Shown here: piece after piece, positions 9,660 through 19,216 of the stretch | How positions within the stretch are numbered: position 1 is the first letter of the stretch | How the letters are laid out: each line of letters opens with the position of its first letter | Translations under genes and position numbers: made by a program | Notes under the pieces: model-generated | Told to the model about the DNA's origin: nothing | Seen by the model: the letters and a program-made list of their open reading frames with translations, nothing else | Database searches by the model: none | DNA from: an uncultured delta proteobacterium | GTDB taxonomy: Bacteria; Desulfobacterota; Binatia; UBA9968 | Length of the DNA stretch: 56,486 nt | Reading direction: 5' to 3' | Assembly: GCA_963840855.1 (NCBI GenBank) | Contig: CAWJBB010000082.1 | Span: forward strand, 1-56,486

Positions 9660-11189
9660 CTATTTGGCGACGAGCGCTACGGCGCGTGTCCACGCGGCGC
9701 TGCATCTTTCGAGCTTGATCGGGAAGGCAGCGACTTTGAAGCCATGGGCAATCGACAACGATCCGAGGTCCATCTTGTGTATCAGACAAAACGAATGTTC
9801 CCGGCCGGCATAGTGAATCGGGTAGAAACGATCCTTCCGGCCGGCGCGGAGCGCGTCGATCATGGGAGCGATGGGACCATCTATGGACTCGGTGTCGCAA
9901 CCAATGACGCGCACGCCTTGATCCAAGAGCCAGCGAAAGGCGTCGAGTTCCAGACCGATCGATCGATCCGCGAAATTCGGATCGTCGCTAAAGTGCGCAG
10001 CGGCGCCGGTGCGGATAAGTACGATGTCTTGGGCTTTTAGCCGATAACCGATGCGCTCCAGCTCGCTTGTGACCTCCGCGCGCGAGATTGTATCGCCGGC
10101 CCGCTTGGTCGCGCTGAAATCGAGCAGCGCCGCGTCGCCGTAGAACCATTCCAGCGGCAGCTCGTCTATCGTTTGCGTTTTTTGTCCGTTGCGGGCCGGT
10201 CCAAAATGGTGCGGCGCGTCGATATGCGTGCCGGCATGAGTATAGGTGTCGACGATGTCCATCGCTCCCAAGTGAACGATCTCAGGGACGGGCATGCGCA
10301 GGCGCTTGGCCTTGGCTCGTTGATTCTGGTCGTGGTCGACGGTGCTGATCCGGCTCTGTTCTGGCTCAAAACTATGGTTCATGATCGGTAAGCTTAGATC
10401 GACGAGCCGCACATCATGACTGTTCAGCCAGTCATCTTGAATGGCCACGGCGCGAATCCAGGCACCGGTGCCGCGGGAGAGTTTCACCGGAAAAAACATG
10501 AACTTGTAACCGTAGGGGCCGGGCAGGCTGCGCAGGTTGGCCAGCTTTTCTGCATGGGTCCATTCGGTGAGACGTCCGGCGCGGTGGATCGGGAAGAAGG
10601 CGGCCTGGTCGCCTTTAACGAAGCGTTCGGTCATGATCGAAATGGGCATGTCGATGGTCGCGGAATCGGTCGCCATGATCTTGACGCCGAGCCGGAAAAC
10701 ATAGTTCAGCGCTCCACCGATCATGCCCGCCGCCGACTCTGCGAAGCGCGGGTCGTCGTCGTAGCGGTCCGTTCCACCCGTCCAAAGAGCGATAATATCG
10801 CCTTGTTTGGGCGTGTAGTCGATCTTTTCCAAGGCGCTGGCAATATCATATTCGGTGATTGGTTCCGCCGGCTTCTTATGCCGGAAGTCGAGCACCACGC
10901 CGTCGCCGAAGCCCCACTCGAGGGGCACTTCGTCGATGAACTTCGCCGGGCGGCCTTCGGAAGTCGGATAGAAGTGATAGGGCGCGTCGAAGTGCGTGCC
11001 TAAGTGGCTGCGCAGCTCGATCCGCTCAGTGGAAAAAAACGAGCCGCCGGGCAGATCGGAAACTTTAATCTGAAAACGCTTGGCGAAAATTCGCGCCGCC
11101 TCCGCGTGCGTGACGCGGTTTAGTTGGAGCTCGCTGTTCTCCAAATGGTCAGGCCGCAGGGTAACGCTCAGGTCGTAAATCTTTGCCAT
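9660..11189 (-). CDS. Tandem two-domain cyclase (kynurenine formamidase-like) family protein
   Basis: Two HxGTHxDAPxH motifs (HLGTHFDAPYH, HAGTHIDAPHH), each followed by PLEW..GD and FPxK..AWxRAVA; GGAGG RBS. Confidence 0.9.
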   Translation of the reverse strand: MAKIYDLSVTLRPDHLENSELQLNRVTHAEAARIFAKRFQIKVSDLPGGSFFSTERIELRSHLGTHFDAPYHFYPTSEGRPAKFIDEVPLEWGFGDGVVLDFRHKKPAEPITEYDIASALEKIDYTPKQGDIIALWTGGTDRYDDDPRFAESAAGMIGGALNYVFRLGVKIMATDSATIDMPISIMTERFVKGDQAAFFPIHRAGRLTEWTHAEKLANLRSLPGPYGYKFMFFPVKLSRGTGAWIRAVAIQDDWLNSHDVRLVDLSLPIMNHSFEPEQSRISTVDHDQNQRAKAKRLRMPVPEIVHLGAMDIVDTYTHAGTHIDAPHHFGPARNGQKTQTIDELPLEWFYGDAALLDFSATKRAGDTISRAEVTSELERIGYRLKAQDIVLIRTGAAAHFSDDPNFADRSIGLELDAFRWLLDQGVRVIGCDTESIDGPIAPMIDALRAGRKDRFYPIHYAGREHSFCLIHKMDLGSLSIAHGFKVAAFPIKLERCSAAWTRAVALVAK

Positions 11190-11275
11190 GCTTCCTCCGA
11201 ATTCCAGCGGCCCGGTGCAAAAGACTCGCAATTTTCAAGCGACTCATCCGGCGCCGATGGACTTTCGCCGGTAAT

Positions 11276-12523
11276 CTATGAGAATTCAGGATGGGACAGT
11301 CCCCACACTCGACCGCTGAGATCCCTGCCTTTGTCGTTTGCCTGAGCCGGTCGCGGCCCGGTGTATTCCAGGATATATAGCCCGCCACCGATACGATCAG
11401 TGATGTAAATTAACCCGTCGCTGTCGACGTAAACGTCGTTGATCTGAATGGCCTCCTGGCCTGGGGGTGGCGGTGGAATGAAGAACCCCGCCTCTTCAGG
11501 CCGGAACGGGTTGCTAATATCGATGATTCGAATGCCGGCGTTGAAGTAGCATAGGTAAATGAGCAGGTCGTCGTCTTTGGAGCCAGGACGATTCTCGTGG
11601 ATGTTATGGGGACCGAAGCGGCCGCCGCGCGCGCAAAAATCGCCCTCCGGTATCGGGAAACTGGCAATCGGCACTGGCTTGGTCTCGTCGCGAACGTCGA
11701 CGACCCAAACCATTTTGTAGCCATCGGCGCCATGATTGCGCACGGACTCTTCGGCGACGATGAGTAGCTTACGCCGTGGCAACGGCAGGACGGTGTGCGT
11801 ATGGCCGCGAAAAGGGGGCATCAAGTCGAGCCGGCTGACAAGGCGCGGTGATGAAATATTGCTAATATCTAAAATAGCGAAGCCCTCGTCTTCATACGCC
11901 ACATAGGCGCGATCGCCATTGGCGATGATGCCGTGGCACCAAACGCTCTTGTTGGAGTCCCAGCCAGGAGTTTCGCCGCCAGCCGCCCAGAGTCCCGGCA
12001 GCCACCATCGTCCTACTTCCTCGACGCGGGTTGGGTTTTGCACGTCGACGATGCGGTAGATGCGATTGGAGTAACCTTCGGCGGAAGTTGGCAAGTGGGC
12101 GTAACGACCGTCGGCGAACCAAAAGCGATGCACACCTTTCTCGCAGGTCGGAAAAAAACTGATCTCCTTCGGTGAGTCGGGACGCGTTATGTCGTACAAC
12201 TGGATCCCTGGCCGATAAGATCCGCTTTCCCAGGGAGCCCGCTCGTGATTCGTCATCATGAGATCGCCGGCTATCTGGACCTTGTGCGAATGTACGCCGG
12301 GCGCCTTGGCGATCTGATTTACGACTCGAGGGTGAGCGGGATCCTCGACATTCAGGATCGTCACGGCCATGCTTTTCATGTGCGCGACATAGAGAAAGTT
12401 GCCTTTCTTGTCGATCCGGCTGCCGTCTCCATGTCCCGCCAGGTCGCTGTGTCCCAACAGACGCATGTTCCAGCTCTCAGCTCGGGCTGCAATATCGATG
12501 ACATCCGAAGTTGCTTGTGCCAT
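11276..12523 (-). CDS. LVIVD-repeat beta-propeller protein
   Basis: Repeated strands LYVAH, IQLYDI, RIVDV, AILDIS, WVVDV, IRIIDIS; GRFGPHN motif. Confidence 0.85.
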   Translation of the reverse strand: MAQATSDVIDIAARAESWNMRLLGHSDLAGHGDGSRIDKKGNFLYVAHMKSMAVTILNVEDPAHPRVVNQIAKAPGVHSHKVQIAGDLMMTNHERAPWESGSYRPGIQLYDITRPDSPKEISFFPTCEKGVHRFWFADGRYAHLPTSAEGYSNRIYRIVDVQNPTRVEEVGRWWLPGLWAAGGETPGWDSNKSVWCHGIIANGDRAYVAYEDEGFAILDISNISSPRLVSRLDLMPPFRGHTHTVLPLPRRKLLIVAEESVRNHGADGYKMVWVVDVRDETKPVPIASFPIPEGDFCARGGRFGPHNIHENRPGSKDDDLLIYLCYFNAGIRIIDISNPFRPEEAGFFIPPPPPGQEAIQINDVYVDSDGLIYITDRIGGGLYILEYTGPRPAQANDKGRDLSGRVWGLSHPEFS

Positions 12524-12593
12524 TTAAGCCTCCCGCGTTTTATTTGATTCTGTGCGTCGCCGAGTGTAGTGAATCGCCCGTAGACGTGCAACA

Positions 12594-12684
12594 CGTTCAA
12601 GTAGTTCAAGCCGTTCAAAACGTTCAAGTCGTCAAAATGAACCGTTCCAAACGTTCCAGATGTTCCAGTCGTTCCACGCGTTGA
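12594..12684. repeat. 9-bp-period tandem repeat (GTTCAAnnn x4, GTTCCAnnn x4)
   Basis: Units start at 12595, 12604, 12613, 12622 and at 12644, 12653, 12662, 12671. Confidence 0.85.
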
Positions 12685-12795
12685 ATTGAAACTGTGCGGC
12701 GGATTCTGTGATCAGAGCCAAAGACCGCGTTGACCGGCAACGAAACGTTGTGTTACGAGGTAGGCACAATTAGTCGTTCCGACCCCGGAGGAAAA

Positions 12796-13779
12796 ATGCG
12801 TACGCCAAAAGCGCAACTCGTCATTCTTTTCAGCTGCATGTTCTGGGTCGCCCCGCTCAATGCGCAAAACATGGAAAAGGCGCTCAAGGAAGGCGAGGTG
12901 GTTTGGTACACGCCGACCGCGATCGAGGATAGCCAGAAGATGATTCAGGCATTCGAAAAGAAACATCCCGGCATCAAAGTCAGGCTCTTTCGCAATCGAG
13001 AAACCGCGTTATTGCCGCGTATATTCAGCGAGAAACAATCGGGCCGCCCCATCGTCGATGTCACTTCACTGCGAGGCATCGGATACTATCAGCTCTGGAA
13101 GCGCAATCTGATTCAACCTTTCGTCTCGCCGGAAAGCGCCGCCTACCCAAAGGGTTTCAAAGATCCCAAAGGATATTGGACTGACCTTTACGACACCTAT
13201 TATGTTTGGAGTCATAACACTGTGCTGATGAAAAACCCGCCGCGCAGTCACGAAGAGCTGGTTCAACCGCGTTACCGGGGCAGGATCGGCATGGATACCG
13301 ATGAAGTCGAATGGTACGCAGGACTGATGGAGTATTGGGGAAAGGAGCGAACGGTCAGGTTCCTGAAAAACCTCGCGGCGCAACAGATTCGCTATCGGGA
13401 CGGGCATACTTTGATCGCGCAGCTCATGGCTGCCGGCGAATTTGAGATCACGCTAGCGTTCAGCGAGCGCATCGACAAGATGAAAAAAGAAGGCGCTCCG
13501 GTGGATTGGATATCCACTTACGATCCGATTATCGTCTCGATCCACCCCATTGCCATCGCCGCTGACGCGCCGCATCCGGAGGCGGCGAAGGTTTTCGTCA
13601 ACTTCGCTCTGTCTAAAGAAGGCCAAGCAACGGTGCGCGACTCTGGAAGAATCTCGGCGCGCTCGGATTGGCCCGCGGCTTCCCCGTCGACGGCTAAACT
13701 CAAGCTGCACCCTGTTCAGCCGGAAGCGGCCTCGGACTACGAAGCGTTGCTCAAAGAATGGCGCGCGATCTTCAAATAG
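12796..13779 (+). CDS. ABC transporter solute-binding protein (Fe3+/AfuA-like fold)
   Basis: Signal peptide; KEGEVVWYT, DPKGYWT, GAPVDW and APHPEAAKVFVNFALSKEGQ motifs. Confidence 0.9.
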   Translation: MRTPKAQLVILFSCMFWVAPLNAQNMEKALKEGEVVWYTPTAIEDSQKMIQAFEKKHPGIKVRLFRNRETALLPRIFSEKQSGRPIVDVTSLRGIGYYQLWKRNLIQPFVSPESAAYPKGFKDPKGYWTDLYDTYYVWSHNTVLMKNPPRSHEELVQPRYRGRIGMDTDEVEWYAGLMEYWGKERTVRFLKNLAAQQIRYRDGHTLIAQLMAAGEFEITLAFSERIDKMKKEGAPVDWISTYDPIIVSIHPIAIAADAPHPEAAKVFVNFALSKEGQATVRDSGRISARSDWPAASPSTAKLKLHPVQPEAASDYEALLKEWRAIFK

Positions 13780-13816
13780 AATAGGGCCCCCACGAGAGAG
13801 CCCGGGAGGCGTGCGG

Positions 13817-14821
13817 TTACAGCGCCAGGCCGAGCAGGCGCGCGGCGTTGCCGCCGAGAATTTGTCTCTTTTCTTCTTCCTGTAAGAAATCCAGATTGCT
13901 GATTTCTGGCACTTCCCGCCAAGACGACATGTCGCCGGAGTGGTCCGTGCCCAAAAGCACGTGGTCCGCGCCGATTGTATCGACCAAAAAGCGCAACACT
14001 TTTGCGTCATACACCACGGTGTCGAAGTAGAGCCGGCTGAACATCTCGTCTACAGAACCGGTGAACCTGGCGCGCGGCTCCGGGCGATGGGCGTGACCGT
14101 GGCGCCACCTGCCGATGAGCGAGGGAGCCACACCGCCGCCGTGAGCGAGGATAACTTTAAGTTTTGGAAAACGTTCCAGGACGCCGCCAAAAATAAGGCT
14201 GGCAACGGCTACCGCGGTTTCAACCGGATTGCCGATGAGGTTCTGCATGTAGTAGTCGTCCATGCGTTCTCTCCTGACGCGCACATCGGGATGAATGAAT
14301 AGGGTCACCTGAAGCTCTTCAGCGCGTTCGAAGAAAGGCAGGAATTCCGGATCGTCGAGATTGCGCCCCTCGATGCTGGAAAGGATTTGCACGGCGCGCA
14401 ACCCCAGCTCACGATTGGCGCGAGTCAGCTCGGCGGCCGCGGCGCGGCCGTAAGGCAGCGGAACCATGCCGACGCCGTAGATGCGCCCGGAATATTCCTG
14501 TTGGATCTCGGCAAAGCCATCGTTGATCCGCTGGCAGGCCCAGACGACGGTTTTTTCCTCACAGGCGCCAAAGTTGATGTAGGGCAGGGTCGACAGCGCG
14601 ATCACGTCGATGCCCACCGTGGCCAGCTCGCTCAATTGCGCGGGGTAGTCGGTTCTCTTGGACTGCAATCTGAAAGAGACGCCGTCCGGGCGCAGCAGTA
14701 CATCGCCCTTGGAGTCATTCACCAGCCGGATGCCGTAGCGCTCGCCTTCGCCGCGCCGGCAGCCGTCTATAAATTTCTTTGCGTAGCCGTGATTGTGAAT
14801 GTCGATGGTTTGCGTAGTCAT
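13817..14821 (-). CDS. Amidohydrolase family (ACMSD-like decarboxylase)
   Basis: IDIHNH, LFIHP, GNPVET, LAHGGG, YFDTVV and LLGTD motifs. Confidence 0.9.
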   Translation of the reverse strand: MTTQTIDIHNHGYAKKFIDGCRRGEGERYGIRLVNDSKGDVLLRPDGVSFRLQSKRTDYPAQLSELATVGIDVIALSTLPYINFGACEEKTVVWACQRINDGFAEIQQEYSGRIYGVGMVPLPYGRAAAAELTRANRELGLRAVQILSSIEGRNLDDPEFLPFFERAEELQVTLFIHPDVRVRRERMDDYYMQNLIGNPVETAVAVASLIFGGVLERFPKLKVILAHGGGVAPSLIGRWRHGHAHRPEPRARFTGSVDEMFSRLYFDTVVYDAKVLRFLVDTIGADHVLLGTDHSGDMSSWREVPEISNLDFLQEEEKRQILGGNAARLLGLAL

Positions 14822-15019
14822 TGCACCGCTCTCCTGCCGCGAATCATTTGCCGCGAGCGTACCTCTTCCCTTTTCGCGCTGTCAAACCCCCATGCGTCTA
14901 CCGGGTCTGTCGAACCCACCCTGCTTGCCGGCAGCTTCCAAATGGTGATAATTATTCACCGTCGGACGCGCTCCAACGTAATCGCGGCGGAACTAAACCT
15001 ACCGGAGGAGGGAACACGA

Positions 15020-16054
15020 ATGCACCGGAAACGTTGCCGGCATCGCATAGCGTTAAGTCTCGCAACTCTGTTGTCGTTTTTCATTGTTGAAACGCGTTCC
15101 TTCGGGGCACTTGGAGCCGTCGATGACATCACGGGAAAAATCGAAGGCGCGAAGAAAGAGAGGCAGGTCATTCTTTACACCAACGCCAGCGGCATTGCGC
15201 CGCTGCTCAAACGCTTCGAAGAAAAATATCCGTTTCTCAAAGTCGAGCCGTTGCGCACCGGCGCGCCCAAATTGCTCAATCGAATCTTGGCCGAACACAA
15301 GGCCGGCTCGCTCAAGGCCGACCTGATCGAAACCGAGGGGCTCACGTCGTATCTGATGATGAAGAGAGGATTGTACGCAAATTATGTGTCACCGGAGAGC
15401 AGAGTGCTGCCGGCCGGCGCTAAAGATCCCGACGGCATGTGGACCAATGCCCATTCCAATTACAAGATCGTCGCATACAACACGCGTTTAGTTTCGGCGG
15501 CAGAGCTGCCGAGATCTTACGACGATCTCACGCAACCGAAGTGGAAAGGGAAAATTCTCATGGGGTCCAACAACTATGAATGGTTCGGCAACATGGTGAG
15601 GTTCATGGGCGAGGAAAAGGGCATGAATTTGATGCGCCGGCTCAACGCGCAGAATCTAATGTTGCGCGAGGGCAATTCGCTGATCCTACAATTGCTGCTG
15701 GCCGGGGAGGGCTTTGTGTCGATCGCCGCCAACGTCGATTCGGTAGAAGAGCTCAAGGCGAAAGGCGCGCCGATCGATTGGATTGGCCTCGAGCCGACGA
15801 TCTCGCGTTTGCATCCGATCGCCCTGGCGCGTAACGCGCAGCATCCCAACGCGGCGAAGCTATACATCGATTTCATTTTGTCCAAAGAGGCGCAGGAAAT
15901 CATCACCAGGGATTTCATCGGCATCTCCGATCGGCCCGACGTCAAACGCGTTTTTACCCGGGAGGGCTTGAAACTGCATTATGCCGACTTGAGCTTGGCC
16001 GAGCGCTATGACGAGATCACCAAGAAATTCGACGCGGTTTTCAAAATACGCTGA
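15020..16054 (+). CDS. ABC transporter solute-binding protein (Fe3+/AfuA-like fold)
   Basis: GGAGGAGG RBS, signal peptide, AKKERQVILYT, AYNTRL, GAPIDW, HPNAAKLYIDF. Confidence 0.9.
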   Translation: MHRKRCRHRIALSLATLLSFFIVETRSFGALGAVDDITGKIEGAKKERQVILYTNASGIAPLLKRFEEKYPFLKVEPLRTGAPKLLNRILAEHKAGSLKADLIETEGLTSYLMMKRGLYANYVSPESRVLPAGAKDPDGMWTNAHSNYKIVAYNTRLVSAAELPRSYDDLTQPKWKGKILMGSNNYEWFGNMVRFMGEEKGMNLMRRLNAQNLMLREGNSLILQLLLAGEGFVSIAANVDSVEELKAKGAPIDWIGLEPTISRLHPIALARNAQHPNAAKLYIDFILSKEAQEIITRDFIGISDRPDVKRVFTREGLKLHYADLSLAERYDEITKKFDAVFKIR

Positions 16055-16088
16055 GGGTGAATTGTTTCCGACGAGGAGACCTGTCGAA

Positions 16089-17048
16089 GTGTCATCGTTG
16101 ATTCATGTGCGCATCGCTTATGCCGCGCTGGGTAGCGGCAGCGCGCCGGTCTGGACCGCCAAGGAGGCCGGGATCTTTGCGGACGAGGGGCTTGACGCAG
16201 AAGTGACGCTGGTTCGCGGCAGCGGGCATGTTACCCAGGCGTTGATGTCAAGCCGAGTTCAATTTGCCAACATCGCCGCGCCGTTGGTCGTTGCCGCCAA
16301 TCTAAAAGGCGGCGACCTTGTTTACCTCGCCGGCGGCGTCAACCGGTTGATCCAAAGTATCATCGCGCGGCGGGAAATCCGGTCGGCCGCGCAGTTGCGC
16401 GGCCGCAATTTTGGATCCAGCCATTCCGGCGGCGTCGATAACTTTCTACTCGATGTCTTGCTCAAGCCGCATGGAATCAGTCCGGCAACAGACCTGAAGC
16501 GCGTGATCATTGACGATCAGCCTGACGCCGTCGCCAAACTCGACAGCGGCGATATCGATGCTGCGCTGTTCAGTCCGCCGTATTGTTTCGCGGCAGTCAA
16601 ACATGGCCACGACGCGTTGATCGACGCCGGGGACTTTCGGATTGACTACCAGCTGGGCGGAATCGTGGCGCGGCGATCCTATGTCGAGCAAAACCCGGAG
16701 ATTGTGCGCAGGGTCATGCGCGCCTACGTGCGCGGCATTCATCGCTACAAAACCGATCTTGATTTGGCGCTCGGAGTGTTTAAAAAATACAGTCTGGTTG
16801 AAGATGCTCAGGTGGCGCGGCAGTGCTACGCCACAGCGAACCGTTACTTCCAGCGCAAACCATACCCGACGGTGCCGGGGTTGTACCGAGTTCTGGCCGA
16901 AGCCGCCAAAAACGATCAGTCGGCCGGGCGGCTGCGCGTCGAAGAGATGATGGATTGCCGATGGCTGGCCGAGCTCGATATCGGCGGTTTCATCCATGAC
17001 CTTTATGCTGAAGCCGGGACTGGATTAGGCGAGGGAGACGTCCAGTAA
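16089..17048 (+). CDS. NMT1/SsuA-like solute-binding protein
   Basis: PVWTAKEAGIF..GLDAE and IDAALFSPP motifs; no signal peptide; GTG start inferred from AGGAG. Confidence 0.8.
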   Translation: MSSLIHVRIAYAALGSGSAPVWTAKEAGIFADEGLDAEVTLVRGSGHVTQALMSSRVQFANIAAPLVVAANLKGGDLVYLAGGVNRLIQSIIARREIRSAAQLRGRNFGSSHSGGVDNFLLDVLLKPHGISPATDLKRVIIDDQPDAVAKLDSGDIDAALFSPPYCFAAVKHGHDALIDAGDFRIDYQLGGIVARRSYVEQNPEIVRRVMRAYVRGIHRYKTDLDLALGVFKKYSLVEDAQVARQCYATANRYFQRKPYPTVPGLYRVLAEAAKNDQSAGRLRVEEMMDCRWLAELDIGGFIHDLYAEAGTGLGEGDVQ

Positions 17049-17073
17049 CGCGCACTTTCACAAAGGAGGCGGT

Positions 17074-18276
17074 ATGCTCGATTTTAAATTGATCTCGGTC
17101 GATGATCACGTTAACGAGCACCCCGATGCTTGGGCAAGGGCGCAGCGGGAGTATGGCGACCGGGCGCCCCATGTTGTCGTGAATCCGCCCGGCCTCGGCA
17201 AGGGGCTGTGGATCATCGCCGAGGGACTGCCGCCGGTGCGCTCGGCCTATTTCGCGCTCGGCCATGTGGTGGAGAAACCCGAAGGTATTACTCAAATCAC
17301 GATGATGGATGACCGCGAAAAATTTCGCCGACGGATCGTCGACTTCAACGAAAACTTTAGTTATGAGGACTGGCCGGCAGGATGGGAACCTTCGGCCCGT
17401 TTAAAAGATATGGACCGCGACGGCGTCGAAGCGGCGGTGTTTTTTTCCAGCCCGACCCGTTTCAATTACAGTAGTAGTGATGCCAAGCTGCAGCGCGCCA
17501 TCTTCCGTTCTTACAATAGCTGGCTTTTGGATTTCTGCAATTACGACCGTAAGCGTTTGATTCCGATGCCGCTGCTGTCCATCCTCGATATCGAGCTCGC
17601 TGTGTCGGACATGGAGGAATATGCCAAAGCCGGCTGCCGCGCGGCGCAGGTGCCGTCGACGATCGCCGGTAGCGGTTATTACGAGGGGTGCTACGAGCCG
17701 CTCTGGCAAACTGCCGACGATTTGGGTCTGTTGCTAGCGATTCACTCGGGCACCGGCCAGGGACAAAAGCGCAAGAAAGTCGGCGAGGCAAGGGAAGGGG
17801 ATATCCGCGCACGGCTGATCGACATGAATCGGCCGATGCCGGCGGTATCCTTCATCAGCAATTTGATCTTCTCCGGCGTGCTCGATCGCTACCCCGACTT
17901 GAAAGTCATGTGCACCGAGTTCGACGCCTGCTGGGTCGCCGGGATGATCCAGCGGCTCGACTACGCTTTTGACCGCGAGAGCACCTACGACGCTGAGCTG
18001 AATGTTAACAAGCTCAAGCCCAGCGAATATATTAGACGAAACATATTCTTTAGCGTCGGTGACGACCGGGCCGCGGTGCTCGGCACGCCGCTATTCGGCG
18101 AAGATAACTTTCTCTGGGGCGGGGATTATCCGCATCACGTTACGAGCTGGCCCTATTCTCGGGAAACCCTGGCAGCGTGCTGCAGGGGGTTTCCCGATGC
18201 GTTGGCACGCAAGATGGGGCGCGATAATGCGCTTCGGGTCTACAAGTTGGATTCGTCAATGGAGTCAGGCGCTTGA
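17074..18276 (+). CDS. Amidohydrolase family protein (amidohydro_2)
   Basis: ISVDDHVNE, RLKDMDRDGV, YNSWL, AIHSG, SGVLDRYP and WGGDYPH motifs. Confidence 0.9.
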   Translation: MLDFKLISVDDHVNEHPDAWARAQREYGDRAPHVVVNPPGLGKGLWIIAEGLPPVRSAYFALGHVVEKPEGITQITMMDDREKFRRRIVDFNENFSYEDWPAGWEPSARLKDMDRDGVEAAVFFSSPTRFNYSSSDAKLQRAIFRSYNSWLLDFCNYDRKRLIPMPLLSILDIELAVSDMEEYAKAGCRAAQVPSTIAGSGYYEGCYEPLWQTADDLGLLLAIHSGTGQGQKRKKVGEAREGDIRARLIDMNRPMPAVSFISNLIFSGVLDRYPDLKVMCTEFDACWVAGMIQRLDYAFDRESTYDAELNVNKLKPSEYIRRNIFFSVGDDRAAVLGTPLFGEDNFLWGGDYPHHVTSWPYSRETLAACCRGFPDALARKMGRDNALRVYKLDSSMESGA

Positions 18277-19205
18277 GTAACAAGGAATCTTCCGGCGTCT
18301 GCTTTTACACGACGCCATCGCCTGAATATGCGGATGAGATCGTCGCCGCATTTGAAAGCGAGCATCCGGGAATCAAAGCCACGTTTGATCACGACCACGC
18401 GGCGCGTTTTTTTGCCCGCGTCCTCAAGGAATTAATTGAAGCGCGCTGTCCGGCCGATATCATGCTGCTCAACCGTCAGCAAGCGGAGGTTTTGAAGCTG
18501 CGCGGACTGCTCCAACCCTTCCGCTCGCCCGAAGCGAAATCGTTCCCCGAGAGCGCCCAGGACGCGGACGGATTTTCGACCCAGGTTTTCATGGTGCCGT
18601 TCAGTCTGGCCTACCACACAGGGAAGCTCTCACGCGCAGAGGTGCCGACGACCTATGAAGAATTGCTCGAGCCCCGCTGGAAAAATCAACTGCTCTTTCC
18701 TGATCCGCGCTTGAGCGGCAGCGGCTCCGGCTGGTATGCGATCATGAAGGACCAGATGGGCGAGCGCTTCTTGCGCGAACTGGCGACGCAAAATCCTATC
18801 TGCAAGCAGCGCGCGGAAGAGCATCTCGCCGCGGGTGAGGGTGTGATCCTGATCGCGGCAATGATTGACCGCATCGAGAAACTGAAACTCACAGGCGCGC
18901 CGGTGCAGTGGATGCCCATGCCGGTCATGATGGTCGCCGGACCCCATGCGGTGTTGTTTCGCGATGCGCCTCATCTTGAAGCGGGAAAACGGTTGATCGA
19001 TTTTTTTCTGTCAGAGGCCGGCCAGACGATCATGAGCCGCTATCATATTCCCAACCGGCCCGGGATAAAGATGCGCGATCCCATGTTTTCCGGCGAGCTG
19101 AAGCGCCTGGAGGGATGCCGTTTGATCGCGTTGAGCGCGCGCCATGGCAGGGATTACGAGATCAATCAGGCGCGCTGTGTCGAGCTGTTTACGCGGGGCA
19201 ATTGA
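18273..19205 (+). CDS. Solute-binding protein (AfuA-like) without signal peptide
   Basis: FESEHPGIK, PTTYEELLEPRWK, GAPVQW and APHLEAGKRLIDFFLS motifs; TTG start overlapping the previous stop. Confidence 0.8.
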   Translation: MSNKESSGVCFYTTPSPEYADEIVAAFESEHPGIKATFDHDHAARFFARVLKELIEARCPADIMLLNRQQAEVLKLRGLLQPFRSPEAKSFPESAQDADGFSTQVFMVPFSLAYHTGKLSRAEVPTTYEELLEPRWKNQLLFPDPRLSGSGSGWYAIMKDQMGERFLRELATQNPICKQRAEEHLAAGEGVILIAAMIDRIEKLKLTGAPVQWMPMPVMMVAGPHAVLFRDAPHLEAGKRLIDFFLSEAGQTIMSRYHIPNRPGIKMRDPMFSGELKRLEGCRLIALSARHGRDYEINQARCVELFTRGN

Positions 19206-19216
19206 GGGGAGAAAGC

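Noticed and set aside
12594-12684. CRISPR array
   Set aside because: Units are 9 bp with 3-nt variable parts, there are no 25-45 bp spacers, and no cas genes are present
14387-15019. 211-aa N-terminal extension of the solute-binding protein
   Set aside because: It is the antisense shadow of the amidohydrolase; the real start at 15020 has an RBS and signal peptide
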